A DNA stretch of 62,251 bases, filler included, from Candidatus Eiseniibacteriota bacterium (lineage in GTDB: Bacteria; Orphanbacterota; Orphanbacteria; Orphanbacterales; Orphanbacteraceae), in NCBI GenBank assembly GCA_043809585.1. It is 5 parts of 5 records of this genome, joined end to end, with 100 filler letters (N's around TTAATTAATTAA, not from the genome) between each part and the next. Parts side by side here need not be neighbours in the genome. Positions count along the whole stretch, not along the records: positions 51,723 to 62,251 come from JBDROZ010000068.1; 4 more parts are not named here. The stretch is one strand, 5' to 3'. The position numbers and the translations under genes were made by a program. Shown here piece by piece: positions 56,843 through 62,251 of this stretch; within the stretch, counting starts at the first letter, position 1, and the number at the start of each line of letters is the position of its first letter. The notes below the pieces were generated by a model, which searched no databases, had not been told where the DNA came from, and saw nothing but the letters and a program-made list of their open reading frames with translations.

Positions 56843-57864
56843 AACGCGTGTCCGTAAACGTCGGCGTTCGGGCCGTGGCGTTCGTCATCGCCCTCCTGGT
56901 CTGCTTCAACGCGGAGACGGAGCGCATGGTGGACGTGGAGACCGACGTTCCGATCCAGTACATCAATCTCCCCGATTCGCTCGTGCGAATGGGCACGGCC
57001 CCCGCGGAGGTGCGGGTCCGGGCGACCTTCAACCGGAAGTTCTGGCAGACCGCCCCCACCTATCTCTCGGTGACCCTCGATCTCTCCCGGGCGAAGCCCG
57101 GCCTCCAGCGATTCGCCGTGACCCCCGATCTGATCCTGGTCCCGCCGAACCGGAAGGCCCGGGTCGTGGAGATCGTGGAGCCCCGGCGCATTCCCCTCGA
57201 GTTCGAACCCCGGATCCGGCGGCGGGTCGCCGTGGCGCCCGGGTTCGACGGTTTCCCGGCGGACGGCTTCGTGCTGTACGGGGAGCCCCAGGTCGAACCT
57301 CCCGAGGTGGTTCTGGCCGGTCCCGAATCGGTGGTGGAGTCGATCGAGGAGGTCGTCTCGGTGACGGTCGACCTGACCGGGGCGAGAGAGGACGTGGCGA
57401 TCGACCGGATGGTGGATCTGACCGGGCATGATCAGGTGACGAGCGAGCCGCCGGAGGTGCAGGTCCTCTTCGACATCGAACGAATCGAGGACCGCATCCT
57501 CCAGAAGAGGCCGATCCGGACCGCCCCGAGCTACCGCATCGAAGTGGAGCCCGATTCGCTCGACGTGGTGGTGCGGGGGCCGGCGGCCGTGCTCGCCGAG
57601 ATCCGGGAGAGCCGAACCCGTCTCTATCTCGACGTCTCCCTGCTCCCCGTGGGGGAGCACCCGTACATCACGGAGGTGGTGGAGGGGAACCTGATCCACT
57701 TCTTCCCGCGTCAGCCGACGGTGGACCTCGCATCGCCCGGTTCCAAGGGGGGAGGCGCCCTTCCCTCTCCCGAGCTCGAGGGGGAAGTTCAGAACCTTCC
57801 GGACCTCGTGGTGCTCGTCGATTCGTCCCCGAAGGTGTTCACGATCCGCCGGAAGGGGCTCTAG
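56839..57864 (+). CDS. YbbR/CdaR-like domain protein
   Basis: N-terminal TM; repeated V.P..V.V.GP..V motifs (VEPPEVVLAGPESVV, VEPDSLDVVVRGP). Confidence 0.8.
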   Translation: MKRVSVNVGVRAVAFVIALLVCFNAETERMVDVETDVPIQYINLPDSLVRMGTAPAEVRVRATFNRKFWQTAPTYLSVTLDLSRAKPGLQRFAVTPDLILVPPNRKARVVEIVEPRRIPLEFEPRIRRRVAVAPGFDGFPADGFVLYGEPQVEPPEVVLAGPESVVESIEEVVSVTVDLTGAREDVAIDRMVDLTGHDQVTSEPPEVQVLFDIERIEDRILQKRPIRTAPSYRIEVEPDSLDVVVRGPAAVLAEIRESRTRLYLDVSLLPVGEHPYITEVVEGNLIHFFPRQPTVDLASPGSKGGGALPSPELEGEVQNLPDLVVLVDSSPKVFTIRRKGL

Positions 57865-58884
57865 GTGGCCCTCCTTCTCGGGGTGGAAACATCCTGCGAC
57901 GAGTCTTCGGCCGCGGTCGTACGGGACGGCCGGGAGATCCTCTCTCAGATCGTTCTCTCTCAGGACATTCACGGCGTGTACGGCGGGGTGGTGCCGGAGC
58001 TCGCCTCCCGGGAGCACATCCGGACGATCGGCCCCGTGATCCGGAGCGCCCTCCGGGAGGCGGGCGCGGAGGCCCGGGACCTGGAGGGGGTGGCCGTCAC
58101 GGTCGGGCCCGGTCTGATCGGCTCCCTGGTGGTCGGACTTTCCGCGGCCCGTGCTTTTGCGTGGTCCCTCCGGATTCCCCTTCTCCCCGTCCATCATCTC
58201 GAGGCGCACCTCTACGCCCTCCGTCTCGCCCATCCGGACCGCCCCTTCGAATTCGTCGGCCTGATCGTCTCTGGCGGGCACACGGAGATCGTCGACGTCC
58301 GGGGCGAAGGGGAGTACGAACTCCTCGGCGCCACCCGGGACGACGCGGCGGGGGAGGCGTTCGACAAGGTGGCGAAGATGACCGACCTCCCCTACCCGGG
58401 CGGGCCGTCGATCGACCGGCTCGCCCGCGCGGGCGAGCGGGACCGGTTCTCCTTCCCCCGGGCGAAACTGGAGAGGGGGAGCCTCGACTTCGGCTTCAGC
58501 GGCGTGAAGACGGCGGTCCGATACGCCCTCCGGGACGACCCCTCGTTGATGGACGACAAGAACCTCCCCGACCTTCTCGCCGGGTTCCAAGAGGCGGTGG
58601 TCGGTCCCCTGGTGGAAAACACCGGCAAGGCCCTCGAGAGAACCGGGGCCCGGGCGGTCGGTCTTTGCGGCGGCGTCGCGGCCAACTCCCGTCTCCGTGA
58701 AGCTTTCGCGGAAATGGCCGGACGCCGGGGCGCGGAACTCCTCCTCGCGCCGGTGACCCTCTGCACGGACAATGCCGCCATGGTGGCCGCCGCCGGCGAA
58801 GCCGCCCTCCGGCGGGGTAGAATCGCCCCTCCCGACCAGGGGGCGAGCGCCGACATCCCCCTCCCCTTCCGCCGCCGGTCCTGA
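57865..58884 (+). CDS. tsaD: tRNA threonylcarbamoyltransferase TsaD
   Basis: GVETSCDE, GGVVPELASREH, GPGL, HHLEAH, SGGHT, DDAAGEAFDK, GGVAAN, TDNAAM. Confidence 0.97.
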   Translation: MALLLGVETSCDESSAAVVRDGREILSQIVLSQDIHGVYGGVVPELASREHIRTIGPVIRSALREAGAEARDLEGVAVTVGPGLIGSLVVGLSAARAFAWSLRIPLLPVHHLEAHLYALRLAHPDRPFEFVGLIVSGGHTEIVDVRGEGEYELLGATRDDAAGEAFDKVAKMTDLPYPGGPSIDRLARAGERDRFSFPRAKLERGSLDFGFSGVKTAVRYALRDDPSLMDDKNLPDLLAGFQEAVVGPLVENTGKALERTGARAVGLCGGVAANSRLREAFAEMAGRRGAELLLAPVTLCTDNAAMVAAAGEAALRRGRIAPPDQGASADIPLPFRRRS

Positions 58885-59050
58885 GAGCTCCGGACCCGCC
58901 GCAAAGTGCGTCCTTCTCTCGCAATCCGCGAGGGAAGCGGCCCTTCCCCCGGGGGGAGCCGCCCCGGCCCCCGGAAATCGCCGGTTTTCAATCTGCCTAA
59001 AATCAACTTGTTACGGCCTTTCTCCTCTCCGCGTCTCCGCAACTCCGGCG

Positions 59051-59066
59051 TGGCACGCTCTTTGCC
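59051..59066 (+). promoter_or_regulatory. Sigma54 (-24/-12) promoter
   Basis: TGGCAC-GCTCT-TTGC matches TGGCAC-N5-TTGC, 35 nt upstream of the first candidate start codon. Confidence 0.7.
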
Positions 59067-59101
59067 GTATTTGCGCAGAAGAAGAACAGACCCGGGGCGA
59101 A

Positions 59102-60169
59102 ATGAACAGGCCCCGGGAGGTGGCCGGGAGCGGGTATCGACGAAAGGACCGGGCGGTGGAAAAGCCGGCGCTCGAGCGCATCTTGGTGGTGGACGACGAA
59201 GAGATGATCCGGCGGGTCATTTCTCTCCATCTCAACAAAGGGGGATTCGAGGTTCTCCTCGCGAAGAACGGCCGGGAGGGGATCGAGCTCGCCAAGAGCT
59301 GGCGGCCCGACTTGATTCTTCTGGACGTGATGATGCCGGAGATGGACGGCTGCGACGCGGCGCGCCGCCTGCGAAGCGATTTCGCGACGAGCCAGATCCC
59401 GATCATCATGCTCACGGCCCGGCAGGAAGTGGATGACAAGCTGTCCGGGCTCGAGGCGGGGGCGAACGACTACATCACGAAGCCCTTCGCCGTGACGGAG
59501 CTGATCGCGAGGATTCGCACCGTCCTCAACTGGAGCAAGCGGCAGCGTTCGGCCAATCCGCTGACGGGGCTTCCGGGCAACGTCTCGATCGAGGAGGCGC
59601 TGGACCGTCGGATCGAGATGGACGTTCCCTTCGCGGTGGTGTACGTCGATCTCGATCACTTCAAGGCGTACAACGATTACTACGGATACAACGAAGGGGA
59701 CGAGGCGATCAAAGAGCTCGCCCGCATTCTCGTCGCCGCGTGCGAGGAGGAGGGGAACGGGAGCGAGTTCATCGGCCACATCGGCGGCGACGATTTTCTC
59801 ATCCTCGCCTCCCCGGAAACGGCGGAGCCGGTCGCGCGCCGCGTGATCGCCCAGTTCACGGCGAGCCTCTCCCGTCTCGTACGGCCCGAGGACCTCGCGC
59901 GGGGCTTCTTGGAGGTCGAGGGACGGACCGGGGAGGTGACCCGGCATCCCATTCTCTCCGTCACGTTGGCGATGGTGACCAACGAAGGGCGCCGCATCGA
60001 CCACGTGGCTCAGGTGGGCGACCTCGCGTCGGAGGTGAAGAGGTACGGCAAGGCGATCGACGGCAGTGTCCTCGTCCGCGACCGGCGGCGGGGCGAATCG
60101 TCGGCCACGCCCCTCGTGGTGGAGGGGGCCGACGGGGAGATTCGCGGTGGCGAAATCGAGAACCCCTGA
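59102..60169 (+). CDS. Response regulator-diguanylate cyclase (REC + GGDDF)
   Basis: LVVDDE, LLDVMMP, LTA, KPF; NPLTGLPGN, DLDHFKAYNDYYG, HIGGDDF. Start at 59102 or GTG 59156. Confidence 0.92.
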   Translation: MNRPREVAGSGYRRKDRAVEKPALERILVVDDEEMIRRVISLHLNKGGFEVLLAKNGREGIELAKSWRPDLILLDVMMPEMDGCDAARRLRSDFATSQIPIIMLTARQEVDDKLSGLEAGANDYITKPFAVTELIARIRTVLNWSKRQRSANPLTGLPGNVSIEEALDRRIEMDVPFAVVYVDLDHFKAYNDYYGYNEGDEAIKELARILVAACEEEGNGSEFIGHIGGDDFLILASPETAEPVARRVIAQFTASLSRLVRPEDLARGFLEVEGRTGEVTRHPILSVTLAMVTNEGRRIDHVAQVGDLASEVKRYGKAIDGSVLVRDRRRGESSATPLVVEGADGEIRGGEIENP

Positions 60170-60548
60170 GAACGGGAAGCCGGTCGTGCTGGTCGCGGAG
60201 GACGAGCGGGGAATGCTCGGCGCCCTCGTCGAGGTCCTCAGCCGGCACGGATTCACGGCGCTCTCCGCCCGGACCGGAGACGAAGCGGTCGCGATCGCCC
60301 TTCAGGCGAGACCGGATGTCATCCTCATGGATGTGATGATGCCCCTCCTCGACGGCTACGCCGCGGCCCGGATCTTAAAGAGGGACCCCAGGACCGAAAA
60401 CATACCGATCATCGCCTTCCACGCTCCCCCCGTTTCGGGCGGTGGTCGTCGGGGCCGGTGCATCAAGGGATATGACGAAAAGCATCTCCTGGAGCGGATT
60501 CACGGCGCCCTGGAGAAACACAGCGTGGGAGACGGCATCGGGGCGTGA
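60147..60548 (+). CDS. Single-domain response regulator, degenerate C-terminal half
   Basis: LVAEDE, PDVILMDVMMP..DG; the conserved Thr/Ser and KP positions read FHA and IKG. Confidence 0.75.
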   Translation: MAKSRTPENGKPVVLVAEDERGMLGALVEVLSRHGFTALSARTGDEAVAIALQARPDVILMDVMMPLLDGYAAARILKRDPRTENIPIIAFHAPPVSGGGRRGRCIKGYDEKHLLERIHGALEKHSVGDGIGA

Positions 60549-60575
60549 CTCCCTGACCGGGAGGAGGTGTGAACG

Positions 60576-60944
60576 TTGGCGAAGAAGATTCTGGTAGTCG
60601 ACGACGAAGTGTACATCCTTCATATCCTCGACTTCAGTTTGGGGGCCGAAGGATACGAGGTGATCACCGCCGCGGACGGCGAGGAAGCGATCGACCGCGC
60701 CCGGGTGGAGAAGCCTGACCTCGTGGTGCTCGACATCATGATGCCCAAAGTGGACGGCTTCGAAGCGTGCCGGCGGCTGAAGGCCGATCCCGAAACGAGC
60801 CAGATTCCGGTGATTCTCCTGACCGCCAAGGGGCGCGAGGTGGATCGCCAGATGGGCATGGAGGTCGGCGCGGACGACTACATCGTGAAGCCCTTCAGCC
60901 CAACCAAGCTGATCGAAAAGATCGGCAGCTTCCTGAGCGTATGA
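60576..60944 (+). CDS. Single-domain response regulator
   Basis: KILVVDDE, LDIMMP, LTAKG, KPF; RBS GGAGGAGG. Confidence 0.93.
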   Translation: MAKKILVVDDEVYILHILDFSLGAEGYEVITAADGEEAIDRARVEKPDLVVLDIMMPKVDGFEACRRLKADPETSQIPVILLTAKGREVDRQMGMEVGADDYIVKPFSPTKLIEKIGSFLSV

Positions 60945-60954
60945 TCCGGAGAGG

Positions 60955-62115
60955 GTGGGAGACGATTCCTTGCGCCCGACGTTGAACGATACCGAAAGGG
61001 TCCGCACCGAAGTGGCCCCGGCGCCCGCCCCCCCGGCGGAGCGGCACGTCCGCATCGGTGAGAATCTCGCCCCCTGGGCCGAGTTTCTCAGGGGCGAGCG
61101 GTCCGGTAGCCCCCGGGGGACGGAGGCGCTGGTCTGGGACGCGGTGGAGACCCTCGCCCGCGTGGCCGGCGCGGACGCCTGCTCGGTGGCCCTCTCCGGG
61201 TGGGAGGTCGAGATGGCCGCGGAGAGGGTGAACGGGAGCTTCCGCCGCCGAACCACCCTGAAGGACACCATGGCGGGCCGGGGCACCGCCGGCCACGAGG
61301 CGATCCGCACCGGAACGGCCCTCTCCATCCCGCTCATCGCCGACGACCGGTTCCACCACTACCCGGAGCCGGTCCGGAAGAGTCGCTACGAGTCGGTGGC
61401 CTGCTTCCCCCTCGGGGACCGGGCGAAGCCCCTCGGCGTCCTCACCTTCTTCTACGGCCGCCCCCGCACCCTCGACCGCCGGGAAAAGGAACTCGGTCTC
61501 GTTCTCGCCCAGTCGACGGCCCTGGCGATCGACAACTCCCTCCTCATCATGGAGGGGAAGCAGAACGTGATGGTCACCGTGCAGGCCCTGATCCGCTCCC
61601 TGGAGGCGAAGGACTCGGAGACGTCCTACCACTCCCTCCGGGTCACCCAGCACGTGACGGTCCTCGCGGAGCAGCTCGGGCTTCCGGCGGACGAGGTCGA
61701 GACTTTCCAGTACGGCGCGACCCTCCACGATCTCGGCAAGATCGGCATCCTCGGGCCGGTTCTGAACAAACGGGGGAAGCTGAACCCGGACGAGTACGAC
61801 GTGGTGAAGAAGCACCCGCTGATCGGGGCGCGCATCGTGGAGGCGGTCGACTACCTCACGGACGCCGTGCCGATCATCAAACACCACCACGAGCGCTGGG
61901 ACGGGTCCGGGTATCCCGACCGGCTCGAAGGGGAGGCGATCCCCCTCGGGGCCCGCGTCGTGGCGGTGCCCGACTTTTATGACGCCCTCACGTCCGAGCG
62001 CCCCTACCGGCCGGCCTACAGCCACGACCGCACGATCGCCATGATCGGGCAGCGGGTCGGCACGGCGTTCGACCCGAAAGTCGCCGAACTCTTCCTGAAG
62101 ATTCAGGGGCGCTAG
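60955..62115 (+). CDS. GAF + HD-GYP phosphodiesterase
   Basis: GAF-like N-terminus; HSLRV, LHDLGKIG, HHHERWDGSGYP, RPYR. Confidence 0.93.
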   Translation: MGDDSLRPTLNDTERVRTEVAPAPAPPAERHVRIGENLAPWAEFLRGERSGSPRGTEALVWDAVETLARVAGADACSVALSGWEVEMAAERVNGSFRRRTTLKDTMAGRGTAGHEAIRTGTALSIPLIADDRFHHYPEPVRKSRYESVACFPLGDRAKPLGVLTFFYGRPRTLDRREKELGLVLAQSTALAIDNSLLIMEGKQNVMVTVQALIRSLEAKDSETSYHSLRVTQHVTVLAEQLGLPADEVETFQYGATLHDLGKIGILGPVLNKRGKLNPDEYDVVKKHPLIGARIVEAVDYLTDAVPIIKHHHERWDGSGYPDRLEGEAIPLGARVVAVPDFYDALTSERPYRPAYSHDRTIAMIGQRVGTAFDPKVAELFLKIQGR

Positions 62116-62251
62116 CCTGGATTATGCATGAATCTCCGTCACGAGGGCTCGGATCGCCTGACGAGAAGCCGACTTGGACGAGCCGCCACCGGAGGCGTAG
62201 TCATGCACTACGTCGAGGAGGCGGCGACGGAAAGGAGGCTTCGCAGGCGGC
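62112..62251 (-). mobile_element. Family A repeat, inverted, running off the window end
   Basis: CTAGCCTGGATTATGCATGAATCTCCG... is the reverse complement of 6976-7115; its CTAG contains the HD-GYP stop. Confidence 0.87.

Noticed and set aside
1..62251. tRNA or rRNA genes; functional linkage across contig linkers
   Set aside because: No cloverleaf or rRNA signatures were recognised, and adjacency across N-linkers is unverified.

Overview
High-GC bacterial draft or metagenome-assembled sequence. It consists of five contig pieces joined by artificial 100-nt N/TTAATTAATTAA linkers (16383-16482, 33713-33812, 41530-41629, 51623-51722), so gene order across the linkers cannot be trusted. Secreted proteins ending in an FlgD-Ig/'NPFNP' domain or a 'SWGxVKxLFR' tail suggest an Eisenbacteria/Krumholzibacteria/Latescibacteria-like organism (inference). 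Ordinary content: NSS transporter, sulfatase-like enzyme, PP2C phosphatase, peptidases, [NiFe]-hydrogenase, glycogen genes, split FeoB with two DtxR proteins, a Tau/Ssu-type ABC transporter, an M23-amidase-holA-holB-ybbR-tsaD run, and a sigma54-linked c-di-GMP cluster. Most notable: (1) a three-gene operon (19561-23471) encoding a divergent sigma-like protein, a zinc (HxxxCxxC) anti-sigma-like protein, and a single-pass membrane protein with a cytoplasmic Lon-type Ser-Lys protease and an outer FG-GAP domain, a candidate undescribed proteolytic transmembrane signalling system; (2) a group II intron whose EBS1/EBS2 pair with the codons of the C-terminal 'KLFR-stop' tail and whose non-canonical GA start rebuilds the host stop codon; (3) a ferredoxin-half/ABC-F fusion; (4) a hydrogenase small subunit with an in-frame internal deletion and a frameshifted maturation protease; (5) four families of long structured intergenic repeats. 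All calls come from reading motifs by eye; no database search was run.
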